The notes under the pieces are model-generated. The model ran no database searches. It saw only the letters and a program-made list of their open reading frames with translations, and had not been told where the DNA came from. Both the position numbers and the translations under genes were made by a program. A stretch of DNA of 64,000 bases from Myxococcota bacterium (GTDB taxonomy: Bacteria > Myxococcota_A > UBA796 > UBA2385), in the NCBI GenBank assembly GCA_044344255.1, contig JBIJDH010000017.1, positions 22,125 to 86,124 on the forward strand, written 5' to 3'. Below, piece by piece: positions 29,876 to 39,132 of this stretch (the stretch's first letter is position 1; each line of letters begins with the position of its first letter).

Positions 29876-30378
29876 GCGCCAAGAAGAAGGGGCTCAACCT
29901 CAAGCTCTCTGATGGCCAAGGCGCGGTCTCGGACATCAACGTCACGCCGCTCATCGACGTCGTGCTGGTGCTGCTGATCATCTTCATGGTGATCACGCCC
30001 ATCATGCTGCACCAGATGGCGATCAACCTCCCCGAGAAGACAGAGGCCGTGCCGGAAGAGAACGTCCCCCAAGACCAGCTCGTGGTCGCGGCCTGTAAAG
30101 ACGGGACGGTCTCCCTGAACCGCACCATCTTCAAGACCCTGCCGGAGCTGCACGACGAGGTGGCGAGGCGGATCCGCAGCAAGTCGGAGAAGGTCGTCTT
30201 CGTAGACTCCGATCCGGACGCCGCCTACGAGGCGGTCGTGGCCCTCATGGACAGCGTCCGCGACGCCGGTGTGACGCGCATCGGCATCGCCTCGCTGAAG
30301 GAGGGGGAGGACTTCATCGCCTGCACTCCCGTGGCCGCTGCTCCGCCCCCCGCTCCCGCAGCGCCCGCTGCCCCCTGA
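29872..30378 (+). CDS. exbD: second ExbD/TolR biopolymer transporter
   Basis: [43 protein letters not shown] overlap with the first exbD. Confidence 0.9.
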   Translation: MSAKKKGLNLKLSDGQGAVSDINVTPLIDVVLVLLIIFMVITPIMLHQMAINLPEKTEAVPEENVPQDQLVVAACKDGTVSLNRTIFKTLPELHDEVARRIRSKSEKVVFVDSDPDAAYEAVVALMDSVRDAGVTRIGIASLKEGEDFIACTPVAAAPPPAPAAPAAP

Positions 30379-30402
30379 GCCGCTCCCCCGCGGAGGTGCT
30401 GC

Positions 30403-31146
30403 TCAGGGCACGATGAGCTCGCCCCCCTCCTGGGGCGGGCCTTCGTCGATCCAGCGCGCATACTGATCGTGGAGGGTCGATGCCTCGGCGCGTGCGCCCT
30501 CGGCCGTCCACCCGCGGGGATCAATCTCCGGCTGGATCACCAGCACCACCTCCCCCGGGACCACCACGGGAGCGCCGGGGCGGATGAGCCTGAACGCGCC
30601 GTGGCAGACCACCGGCAGCATCGGCGCGCCGGTCTCGCGGGCGAGGTGAAAGGCGCCGAGCTTGAAGGGCTGGAGTTGCCCCGTCCGGCTGCGGGTGCCC
30701 TCCGGGAACACACACGCGGTGCGCGGCCGCTCCCGGAGGAGCTCCCCGATGCGCCGCACCCCCTCTCGGGCCTTCACGGGGTCCTTGCGGTCGATGAAGA
30801 CCATGCCCAGGAGCCAAAAAACGAGGCCGATGAGCGGCATGTAGAGGAACTCCCGCTTCACGAGCCCGGTGAAGCCTGGGGGGTTCAACGCCGCGATCAC
30901 GATGAAGTCGAGGGTGCTCGTGTGGTTCATCACGAAGATGCGGCTGCGCCCCTCCATCACCCGCTCCCGCCCGATGACCCGCAAGCGCACACCGCCGATG
31001 CGGAGCACGGTGCGGGCCCAGACCGGCGCCCAGCGGTTGATGAAGCGGGCGCCGAGCAGCCCCCCCGACAGGATCACCACCGCCGAGAGGAAGCTGAAGT
31101 AGACCGCGGTCCACAGGACCGCGAGGGCTGTGCGAAGGGGGGCCAT
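30403..31146 (-). CDS. plsC: 1-acyl-sn-glycerol-3-phosphate (lysophospholipid) acyltransferase
   Basis: NHTSTLD (HX4D), FIDR, FPEGTRS, FKLGAF. Confidence 0.88.
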   Translation of the reverse strand: MAPLRTALAVLWTAVYFSFLSAVVILSGGLLGARFINRWAPVWARTVLRIGGVRLRVIGRERVMEGRSRIFVMNHTSTLDFIVIAALNPPGFTGLVKREFLYMPLIGLVFWLLGMVFIDRKDPVKAREGVRRIGELLRERPRTACVFPEGTRSRTGQLQPFKLGAFHLARETGAPMLPVVCHGAFRLIRPGAPVVVPGEVVLVIQPEIDPRGWTAEGARAEASTLHDQYARWIDEGPPQEGGELIVP

Positions 31147-31215
31147 CTCGCCTTTGTACCGCGGATCGGGGCGCGCCGACGTCGCTGCGATAGAGGCGCC
31201 CGCGAGGTGCCTGCG

Positions 31216-32067
31216 ATGGATCCCTGGCTCGCCCTTTGGACCGCCCCCCGCCGTGAGCGGCTGGACGCATGGATGACCGCTCGGTTCCGCGAGACGTCGC
31301 CTGCCCGCTTCGGCGAAGCCTGCCGGTACCCCATCGAGACCGGGGGGAAGCGCTTTCGCCCGCTGCTCACGCTGGCCGCCGCCGAGTCCCTCGGGGCGCC
31401 CTTCGTCGAGGCGGAGCTCATCGCGGTCGGGGCCGCCGTCGAGCTCGTCCACACCTACTCGCTCGTCCACGACGACTTACCGGCGATGGACGACGACGAC
31501 ACCCGACGGGGGCGCCCCACCGCGCACAAGGTCTATGGCGAGGCGCCCGCGATCCTCGTCGGAGACGCCCTGCTCACCGAGGCCTTCGCCGTCCTCGCCG
31601 GTCGTGCCCTCCCGCCCACGGTGGTGATCTCACTCGTGGCCGAGCTCGCCGCCGCCGCAGGACCGGACGGCATGGTCGGCGGGCAGGCCTTTGACATCGG
31701 CATGGGCGGCCCGATCACCACGGTCGACGGCCTCTTGCGCCTCCACGCCGGTAAGACCGGCGCCCTGATCCGCGGCGCCGTCCGCCTCGGCGCCCTCGCC
31801 GCGGAGGCCGACCCCGAGGCCCTCGCCCGGCTCTCCACCTACGGCAGCGCCATCGGCCTCGCCTTCCAGATGGCGGACGACGTGCTCGACGCAGAGCAGG
31901 ACGCCGGCGAGGACGGCCCCCCCTCCTACGTGAAGCTGCTCGGCGTCGAGGGCACCCGCTCCCGCGCCGCCGAGCTCCTCGAAGAGGCCCTCGCGGCCAT
32001 CGCCCCCCTGCCCGAACCCCACGCCCTCGCGGCGCTGGCCCACCATGCGGTCGAGCGCAGCGTTTGA
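31216..32067 (+). CDS. ispA: polyprenyl (FPP/GGPP) diphosphate synthase
   Basis: GGKRFRP, ELVHTYSLVHDDLPAMDDDDTRRGRPT, GMVGGQAFD, KTGAL, GLAFQMADDVLD. Confidence 0.92.
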   Translation: MDPWLALWTAPRRERLDAWMTARFRETSPARFGEACRYPIETGGKRFRPLLTLAAAESLGAPFVEAELIAVGAAVELVHTYSLVHDDLPAMDDDDTRRGRPTAHKVYGEAPAILVGDALLTEAFAVLAGRALPPTVVISLVAELAAAAGPDGMVGGQAFDIGMGGPITTVDGLLRLHAGKTGALIRGAVRLGALAAEADPEALARLSTYGSAIGLAFQMADDVLDAEQDAGEDGPPSYVKLLGVEGTRSRAAELLEEALAAIAPLPEPHALAALAHHAVERSV

Positions 32068-32806
32068 GGCCGATCGCCTCGACCGCGTGCTCGTGGCGCG
32101 CGGGCTGGCCCCGTCCGTGGAGCGAGCCGCCGCCTTGATCCTCGCCGGGGAGGTGCTGGTCAACGACGCGCCCGCTGACAAGGCCGGCTCCAAGGTGCCA
32201 AAGGGGGCCGTGCTCCGGCTCCGGAGCGCCCCCTCGCGCTACGTCGGCCGCGGCGGGCTGAAGCTCGAGGCGGCCCTCGACGGCTTCCCCTTTGATCCCG
32301 CCGGCCTCGTCGCCGCCGATCTGGGCGCCAGCACGGGCGGCTTCACCGACTGCCTGCTCCAGCGCGGGGCCCGACGGGTCTACGCGATCGACGTCGGCTA
32401 CGGTCAGCTCGACTGGCGGCTCCGAAAGCACCCCGATGTGGTGGTGATGGAGCGCACCAACGCCCGCACGATGGCCGCCTTGCCCGAGCCCATCGACCTC
32501 GTCGTGGGCGACCTCTCCTTCATCTCCCTCCGCCTGCTCCTACCGGCCATCTGCCGCCTCGGCCGCCCGGGCGGGGCCGGGATCTTCCTCGTGAAACCTC
32601 AGTTCGAGCTGCCACGGGGCGCGCTCGGCCCCGGGGGCAAGGTCGAGGACCCCGCGAGGCGACAGGAGGCCATCCAAGGCATCCAGGCCGAATTCCGGGA
32701 GGCCGGCTTCACGGTGCGGGGCTCGCTCCCCTCCCCCATCGCCGGCGTCAAGGCAGGCAACGTCGAGGAGCTCGTGTGGGTGCGGCTCCCGGAGGTGTCA
32801 CCCTGA
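32045..32806 (+). CDS. tlyA: TlyA-family rRNA 2'-O-methyltransferase
   Basis: S4 domain RLDRVLVARGL, YVGRGGLKL, DLGASTGGFTDCLLQRGA, DVGYGQL, DLSFISL, VKPQFE, GNVE. Confidence 0.93.
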   Translation: MRSSAAFEADRLDRVLVARGLAPSVERAAALILAGEVLVNDAPADKAGSKVPKGAVLRLRSAPSRYVGRGGLKLEAALDGFPFDPAGLVAADLGASTGGFTDCLLQRGARRVYAIDVGYGQLDWRLRKHPDVVVMERTNARTMAALPEPIDLVVGDLSFISLRLLLPAICRLGRPGGAGIFLVKPQFELPRGALGPGGKVEDPARRQEAIQGIQAEFREAGFTVRGSLPSPIAGVKAGNVEELVWVRLPEVSP

Positions 32807-33180
32807 GCTGGCTCCTGCTCCTGCTCCTGGCCTGCGCCACCGAGCCGCCGCCCGCCCCCCTGCCGCCCTCGGCCCTCGAGGTGGCCGCCCCGATCGGCCG
32901 CATGGCCCGCCTGGGCGACCTCGAGGGCTACATCGCACGACCAGCCGACGATGATCCGCACCCCGCCTTGCTCCTCTGGGTCGGTGACCTCGAGGGCCCC
33001 ACGCGCGAGCGGGCGATGACCGAGGCGAGGTCTGGCCAGATCGTGCTCGCCGCGCCCCCGCTGGCCGACGCCGCCCGCAGCCGCGCCTGGCTCCAGGGCA
33101 TGCGCGGCGCCACCACCGTCGCGGAGCGCTGCCTCCGACCGAGCTGTCCTGATGCGCCGCCGACTCCAGCAGGCCCGTGA
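32776..33180 (+). CDS. hypothetical lipoprotein (start uncertain, likely near 32803)
   Basis: WLLLLLLAC lipobox. Fills the gap between tlyA and the phosphoesterase with overlaps. Confidence 0.5.
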   Translation: MGAAPGGVTLSWLLLLLLACATEPPPAPLPPSALEVAAPIGRMARLGDLEGYIARPADDDPHPALLLWVGDLEGPTRERAMTEARSGQIVLAAPPLADAARSRAWLQGMRGATTVAERCLRPSCPDAPPTPAGP

Positions 33181-34051
33181 CGCCTGGACCTTCGTGCGCG
33201 GCGTCTCCCGGGGCGTGCGCAAGGGAGACCTCTTCCCCGCCGCCGGTCGTCGCGGCCCGGCGGCGGCGCCCGGGGGCACGACCGAGCCCGAGACCCACGG
33301 CGGCCCCTGGCGACGGCTGCGGGAGGAGGTGGGCTGGTTCGTCCAGAGTGAGCACCGGATCGAGCTCCCCGGCCTGACGGCCCCCCTCCGCGTGCTGCAC
33401 CTGACCGACGTCCACCTGCGCGCCGAGGGCCCCTGGCTCGACGCCCTCTGCGCCCGCCTCGCGGCGCTCCCCGCCCCCGACCTCGTCCTCCTCACCGGCG
33501 ACGTTGTCACCCGCGGCTGGACGGAGGCGGCCGTGCTGCGCTTCCTCGGCGCTCTCCCTGCGGCCCGCCTCGGCCGCTTCGCCATCCTCGGCAACTGGGA
33601 GTGGTGGGCCGGCGCGCCGCCCATCCGCTGGCGGCCCTTGCTCGAGGGCGCGGGCGTTCGACTGCTCGTCAACGAGGTGGTCGACCTCGGGGCCCTCATC
33701 CTCGGCGGCACCGACGACCACCTCGCCGGAAAGGTCGACCTGCCCGCCTTCCGCGCCGACCTCCCCGTGGGTCGGCCCACGGTCGTGATGTCCCACAGCC
33801 CCGCCGCCTTCGCCGCGCTGGCTGGCCCGCCCGTCCACCTCGTCCTCGCAGGCCACTCGCACGCAGGTCAGCTCCGCCTGCCGATCCTCGGGGCGATGTG
33901 GGTGCCGAAGGGCACCGACCAGTGGATCGCCGGCTGGTACGAGGCGGAGGGGAGCCACCTCTACGTGGGCCGGGGCCTCGGCTGGTCGATCGCCCCGGTC
34001 CGCCTCCGCTGCCCGCCCGAGCTGGCGCTGATTCACCTCCTCCCTGGCTGA
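33152..34051 (+). CDS. calcineurin-like metallophosphoesterase (YkuE-like)
   Basis: LHLTDVH, LTGD, LGNWE, MSHSP, LAGHSHAGQ, GRGLG...PVRLRCPPE. Confidence 0.88.
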   Translation: MRRRLQQARDAWTFVRGVSRGVRKGDLFPAAGRRGPAAAPGGTTEPETHGGPWRRLREEVGWFVQSEHRIELPGLTAPLRVLHLTDVHLRAEGPWLDALCARLAALPAPDLVLLTGDVVTRGWTEAAVLRFLGALPAARLGRFAILGNWEWWAGAPPIRWRPLLEGAGVRLLVNEVVDLGALILGGTDDHLAGKVDLPAFRADLPVGRPTVVMSHSPAAFAALAGPPVHLVLAGHSHAGQLRLPILGAMWVPKGTDQWIAGWYEAEGSHLYVGRGLGWSIAPVRLRCPPELALIHLLPG

Positions 34052-34069
34052 TCAGCGCGCCGCAGGGGC

Positions 34070-34501
34070 TCAGGCGAAGGCGGCCTGCATCGCCGCCGTG
34101 TCACTGTACTCGTGATAACCGTACACGAGCCCGTCACGAACGGTCGCCAGCGCCGCGTACTCGTTCTCGCAGATCCGCCCCGTCGCCCGCACCCGAAAGC
34201 GCTCCCGGGCGCGTAAAAAGACGTGATCCCCCGAGGGCCAGAAGCCGAGCACTCGGATCTCGAGGTAGTCCGTGTGGTCGATGATGTGGTCGATGAAGCG
34301 GCGGATCTCCCGCCCCCGATACGGCCCCGCCCATGGGATGACCCGCGGGTCTCCCGGGAAGCTCCACGTGCAGTCTGGGTGGGTGAGGGCCTCTATACCC
34401 TCCCGATCGGCGAGGAGATAGCAGGCAAATGCCGCCTTGACGACATCGATCGGCGAGGCCGCGATGGCAGGATCACTTGGAGCGGACGATGCGGAATTCA
34501 C
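34070..34501 (-). CDS. NTF2/SnoaL-like protein
   Basis: HPDCTWSFPGD..IPWAGPYRG...GDHV...ATGR...VRDGLV...EYSDTAA. Overlaps the end of the upstream megaenzyme. Confidence 0.85.
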   Translation of the reverse strand: MNSASSAPSDPAIAASPIDVVKAAFACYLLADREGIEALTHPDCTWSFPGDPRVIPWAGPYRGREIRRFIDHIIDHTDYLEIRVLGFWPSGDHVFLRARERFRVRATGRICENEYAALATVRDGLVYGYHEYSDTAAMQAAFA

Positions 34502-37500
34502 GTCGGACCTCCGGGTTGCGCACCTTGCGGGTCACCTCGAAGGAGGCGGTCTGTCGGCCGACCCGACTGTCCATCTTCCACCATCGGCCGCCCTCCTTCC
34601 GCTCGATGTCCACCTCGATGTCGCCGTTGTAGGTGATGTGCGTGTACAGGAACTCGTCATCCGGCAGGGGGTGGACGATGAGGATCTGATCCTCGGGCTT
34701 GGCGGCGACCCGGACGACGAAGCGGAGGTCGCCCCGCTCGGCCTGGAAGCTCCAGGTGGTCAGGTCGGCGTGGTGCTCTCGGTTGAAGTAGAAGGCCTCG
34801 ACCAGGTTGCTGCGATAGACCTCTCCCCGGTAGACGAAGGTGGCCCAAGTAGTGGCCTGAGACCAGTCGTTGAAACGGGCGCCGATCGCCTCCATCATGA
34901 ACTCGGGGTCGCCCTCGAACTCGCCACAGTGGGCCCACGACCAGGCCTTCAGGTGCCGGGTGTTCCAGTAGTGGCCGTCGCTGGCGAGCTGATCGGTGAT
35001 CGTGTAAGGCTCTCCGTTCACGACCACGGTTCCGGAGAGGCGGTGCCGCACCGCGTTCGACTGGAAGTGGGGGTAGAGCTCGAAGGCGTCCATCCCCGTC
35101 ACCCGCTCGACGCCGATGGCGTCCCGCTTGTCGAGCTGGAGGTCCCAGTCCACCGTGCCCTCGGGCCCCTTCACGCGGCCCCAGGTGCGACTGTCGCTGT
35201 AGCCCGAGGGGCCGATCCGCAGCAGGATCTGCTCGTCGTTGATGACCTCGGCCCGCCCCACCGGGTATCGCTGGCGCACCGCCACGTCATTCGTGGGGTT
35301 ACGGCGATCGCGGAACCAGCACCAGACCTCGGCGATGCGCGCCTCCTCGATCGGACCGTTGTGGAGCACGTACCGAATGACCATCGACCGTTCGAGGACA
35401 GGGTCAGTCCAGAGGATGTAATAGGCCTCGGTGGCGTTCACCGTGGACAGATCGAAGCGGACCCGGTCGTCCACCCGATCGCCGACGATCGGGGCCTTCG
35501 CGACCCGCTGGTGGAGGCCGGAGAGCGAGGGGGGCCGGCTGGTCCCCTTCATCGTGTGGGAGCGGCGGCTCTGCGGGCCGCTCGGCAGGTTCTCGTAGAA
35601 GGCGTTGTCGACGAAGTAACGGGTGTATCGGCCGAGCAGCTCGAGGGGCGGCACGAGCTCGTGGTCCAGATCGGCGATGGCCTCCATGAAGGCCGTCTTC
35701 TCGGTCGGCGGGAAGTAGATCTGCTCCTCGGACAGGGCGCGGATGAAGTCCACGAAGGGGAAGAGCGCGTTCTTTCGGAGCCGCTCGGTGCCGAGGTTCA
35801 AGAACTCGCGCTTCCAGACGTCCCAGGGCAGGCCGCGGAGCTGGTAGCCCTGGGCGCGATGCCACTCGATGTAGTCCACCACGGGCTTGCTGTCGGGGTG
35901 GAGCACGAACCAGGCCCGGTTCAGGTTGGCCTTCCGCTTCGCGATGTGGACGATCGCCTTGGAGACAAAGTCGATCGGCGCCATCTCCCACAGGGTGTCG
36001 AGCAGCGGCCAGCTCCCGAGCTGGAGGCAGCCCTTCAACATCTGGGGCAGGAACTCGTCGAGCTTCGGGTATCGGCCGTCGGAGGGGCCGCCCACCATCC
36101 CCGGGCGATAGACCCCACCGGGGATGCCCCGCTCGCGAAAGGCGGTCCACACCATCTTGTCGCTGGCGTACTTGGTCTGCTCATACCCGTTGAGCAGGTC
36201 GTCGGCGTAGAGCAGCGGGTCGGCCTCGCGGATGAGGGTGCTCCGACCGTATCCGGTCGACATGATCACGCCGAGGGTGGAGACGAAGTGCACCTGGATG
36301 GGGTTCGGCAGGTCGGCGATGGCGAGCCGGAGCACCGTCTCGGTTGAGTCGACGTTGGTCGGCTTGAGGTGCTGATAGGGATAGACAAAGTTCACCCAGG
36401 CCGCGGAGTGGACGATGGTGTCGATCCGGGCCGCGAGGCCCTTGAACTCCGCCTCGGAGTGCCCGAGGCGGGGCTCGAGCAGGTCGCCCAGCACCACCTC
36501 GACGCGGCTCAGGTCCACCCGGTCGAGCAGCTCGTAGCGACGCAGGTTGGCGATGATCCGCAGCAGGCCGTCTTCGGGGGTGGCCGAGCGCACGAGGCAG
36601 AGCACCCGGGCGCTCGTCTGCTCGAGCAGCTCGACGAGCAGGTAGATGCCGATGTAGCCGGTGACCCCGGTGAGCAGCACCGAGCGCATCGGCCGGTCAT
36701 AGGTGGAGACGTCGAAGCCGGGGTGACAGATGTCGGGGGCGAGCTGCCCCTCCTCGGCGAGGGAGAGCTGGTCGGAGAGCAGGGTGGGGGCGCGACCGGC
36801 CTTCACCTCCTCGATGGCGTGGGCGAGGCCGGCCACCGTAGGCTCGGGGATGGTCTGCAGCGAGATGCTGTCCGGGACGCCCTGATCCCACATGCGGGCG
36901 AAGGTCTCGGCCGCCTTCAGGCTGTCGCCGCCGAGCTCGAAGAAGTTGTCGTAGATGCCCACCCGGTCGATGCGGAGCACGTCTCTCCAGATGGCGGCGA
37001 TCTTCTTCTCCCAGGCCGAGCGCGGGGTGACATATTCGGTGGCGAGGCTCGGGCGGTGGATGCGGGAGGAGGCCTCGACCGCGGCCTGGAGGGCCTGGAG
37101 GTCGTGCCCATAAGCGGCGATGCGGGCATACCCCTCCGCCGCGGCGGTGCGGGGGGTGGTGTCAGTCCCGCCCTCGACGGCCGGCTCCTCGGCCGGCGCG
37201 GCCGCCGCGAGCAGGGCCTCGGCCTCCGCGGCGTGGAAGCGGACCCGCCCCTGTCCGGCGGCCGTCTCCTCCAAGCCCAGCCCCGCGTAGAAGCCGCGGG
37301 CGACCGCGTTTCGGGGGGCGGCCTCAAAGCGCAGGTGGACGGTGGACAGTCCGGCGGCGACGGCGGCGGCGGTGATGTGGCGCACCATCTCGTGCTCGAC
37401 CCGGCGCCCGAGCACCCGGCAGCTCAGGAGGAAGAGATCGGCCTCCATCACCGGCTCACCCTCCGTGCCCACGCATCCGACCGGGCGGGCCGAGAAGAGT

Positions 37501-39128
37501 CCGACCATGCCGTAGTCGCCGAACCGATCGGCCACGCGCACCCGGGAGAGGACCCGCCCCGGCTCCGCGGCGAAGACCCGCAGCTCACCCTCACCCATCG
37601 GGCGGCGGGCGGCGTTGAACTGGTTGGTGCGGTGGGTGAGCTGGGCGGCGCGCGCCCACTCGTCCGGGGCAAGCGGGCCGATGTCCAGGCGCAGCTCCAG
37701 CCGGGCCAAGAAGTCCTCGAAGGTGGAGGCCACCGCCGCCACCGCCGCCCGCGCCTGGCCCTGCTGGTATTGGGCCGTGCGCCCCCGGTCCTCCTCGGTG
37801 ACCACCGCGCTGTCGAAGGCCCAGTGGTGCGCGACGAAGTCCGTCAGCCGCGCGGGATCGCCGGGGAGCTCGATCGCGAGCACCCCGGGCAGCGCCTCCC
37901 GGACGAGCGCACACTCCATCGGGCTGTCGTCGAGGAAGAGGAAGCTGTCGAGGCCGAGGTTGAGCTCGCGGGCGAGGCCGCGGAGGTTGTCGGACTTCGG
38001 CTCCCAGTTGATGCGCCAGCCGACGAGGTGCTCACGTTGGAGCGGCATCTCGGGGTGTGCGTCGAAGACCCGCCACACGAGCGCCTCGTCGTTCTTGCTG
38101 GCGAGGCAGAGCAGCTTGCCGGACGCCTGCTGGGCCACGAGGAAGCGCTGCAGGGCCGCGTACGGCCCGCTGACATCGACCCCCTCCGGGCCCTCCTCCC
38201 CCACGACGCCGCCCCAGATCGTGTTGTCGCAGTCCACCACGATCACCTTCGCCGGGCTCGTGTGGAGCGCGGCGACGGCGCGGGCGATCTCCGCCCCGAT
38301 CGCCGCGCAGGCCGGCGGGGTGAAGGGGATGTGGCCGAGGCGGTCACGGGCCTCATCCCACATCCGCGCGATCGGGAAGCGGTCGTCGACGTGCCGCAGG
38401 TCCAGCAGGTGAGCGCCGGGGGCGGCGGACACCGCCTCGATGATGCGCTGGTTCAGTCGGCCGAGCTCGGTGGACAGCCCGAGCCGGCGGACGGCCCCGG
38501 GCGAGCTCGGCGCCAGCGCCACGATCATCGGCGGTCGGCCGCGCCGCTGGAAGGCGTCGAGGGCCCGACAGAGATCGTCCACCGTGCGCTCCACCTCACC
38601 GAGCTCCACCGCGGCTCCGTATCGGAACCAGTCCTCGATCCGCAGCAGCAGCACGCTCACGCCGGACTGGGCGGCGGAGAATGTGCTGGCGGGGCTCATC
38701 AACTCCTGGAACACCTGATTGTAACGAGAGAAGATCACCTCCGGCTCGAAGCGCAGGAGGCCGAGCAGGTGCCGGAGGGCCTCCTCGATGGGCTCGGCGG
38801 TGAAGGTGGCGGCGATGCGAACCGGCAGGCGCGCGGCGGCAGAGGCGGCCCTGGCCGCTCGGTTCTCGCGCATCCGGAGCAAGGTCTCGACCATGTCGTC
38901 GAGGGTGGGGAACTCATAGAGGAGAGTGGGCTCGAGCTCGATCTCGAGCACCTTCTCCAGCTCTCCGGTGAGGCGGACCACGTGGACCGAGCTGATGCCG
39001 AGCTCGGAGAGGGCCATGGTGAAGTCAATCCGAGTGTAACCGAGGTCGGAGGACTTGGAGAGCTCGTGGTGGAGCCAGTCGCGGAAGCCCTGGACGCTGC
39101 TGCGGGCGGTGGAGAGGAGGGTGCTCAT
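34473..39128 (-). CDS. multidomain biosynthetic enzyme: ACP - FkbH (HAD-IIIC glyceryl transferase) - carrier protein - thioester reductase - tocopherol-cyclase/lipocalin-like domain
   Basis: ACP ELGISS. FkbH KVIVVDCDNTIWGGVVGE, SKN, FLDDSPMEC, RTNQFN, DRFGDYG, LLSCRVLGRRVE. Carrier FFELGGDSL. Reductase LLTGVTGYIG, YEQTK, RPG. C-terminal EAYY...WCWF...GHYWNTRHLKAWSWAHC. Confidence 0.88.
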   Translation of the reverse strand: MSTLLSTARSSVQGFRDWLHHELSKSSDLGYTRIDFTMALSELGISSVHVVRLTGELEKVLEIELEPTLLYEFPTLDDMVETLLRMRENRAARAASAAARLPVRIAATFTAEPIEEALRHLLGLLRFEPEVIFSRYNQVFQELMSPASTFSAAQSGVSVLLLRIEDWFRYGAAVELGEVERTVDDLCRALDAFQRRGRPPMIVALAPSSPGAVRRLGLSTELGRLNQRIIEAVSAAPGAHLLDLRHVDDRFPIARMWDEARDRLGHIPFTPPACAAIGAEIARAVAALHTSPAKVIVVDCDNTIWGGVVGEEGPEGVDVSGPYAALQRFLVAQQASGKLLCLASKNDEALVWRVFDAHPEMPLQREHLVGWRINWEPKSDNLRGLARELNLGLDSFLFLDDSPMECALVREALPGVLAIELPGDPARLTDFVAHHWAFDSAVVTEEDRGRTAQYQQGQARAAVAAVASTFEDFLARLELRLDIGPLAPDEWARAAQLTHRTNQFNAARRPMGEGELRVFAAEPGRVLSRVRVADRFGDYGMVGLFSARPVGCVGTEGEPVMEADLFLLSCRVLGRRVEHEMVRHITAAAVAAGLSTVHLRFEAAPRNAVARGFYAGLGLEETAAGQGRVRFHAAEAEALLAAAAPAEEPAVEGGTDTTPRTAAAEGYARIAAYGHDLQALQAAVEASSRIHRPSLATEYVTPRSAWEKKIAAIWRDVLRIDRVGIYDNFFELGGDSLKAAETFARMWDQGVPDSISLQTIPEPTVAGLAHAIEEVKAGRAPTLLSDQLSLAEEGQLAPDICHPGFDVSTYDRPMRSVLLTGVTGYIGIYLLVELLEQTSARVLCLVRSATPEDGLLRIIANLRRYELLDRVDLSRVEVVLGDLLEPRLGHSEAEFKGLAARIDTIVHSAAWVNFVYPYQHLKPTNVDSTETVLRLAIADLPNPIQVHFVSTLGVIMSTGYGRSTLIREADPLLYADDLLNGYEQTKYASDKMVWTAFRERGIPGGVYRPGMVGGPSDGRYPKLDEFLPQMLKGCLQLGSWPLLDTLWEMAPIDFVSKAIVHIAKRKANLNRAWFVLHPDSKPVVDYIEWHRAQGYQLRGLPWDVWKREFLNLGTERLRKNALFPFVDFIRALSEEQIYFPPTEKTAFMEAIADLDHELVPPLELLGRYTRYFVDNAFYENLPSGPQSRRSHTMKGTSRPPSLSGLHQRVAKAPIVGDRVDDRVRFDLSTVNATEAYYILWTDPVLERSMVIRYVLHNGPIEEARIAEVWCWFRDRRNPTNDVAVRQRYPVGRAEVINDEQILLRIGPSGYSDSRTWGRVKGPEGTVDWDLQLDKRDAIGVERVTGMDAFELYPHFQSNAVRHRLSGTVVVNGEPYTITDQLASDGHYWNTRHLKAWSWAHCGEFEGDPEFMMEAIGARFNDWSQATTWATFVYRGEVYRSNLVEAFYFNREHHADLTTWSFQAERGDLRFVVRVAAKPEDQILIVHPLPDDEFLYTHITYNGDIEVDIERKEGGRWWKMDSRVGRQTASFEVTRKVRNPEVRREFRIVRSK

Positions 39129-39132
39129 CGGT

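Noticed and set aside
28721-30378. AglRQS gliding motor
   Set aside because: Both ExbD copies have the canonical [19 protein letters not shown] motif and follow a tonB gene, so an ordinary Ton/Tol system is more parsimonious.
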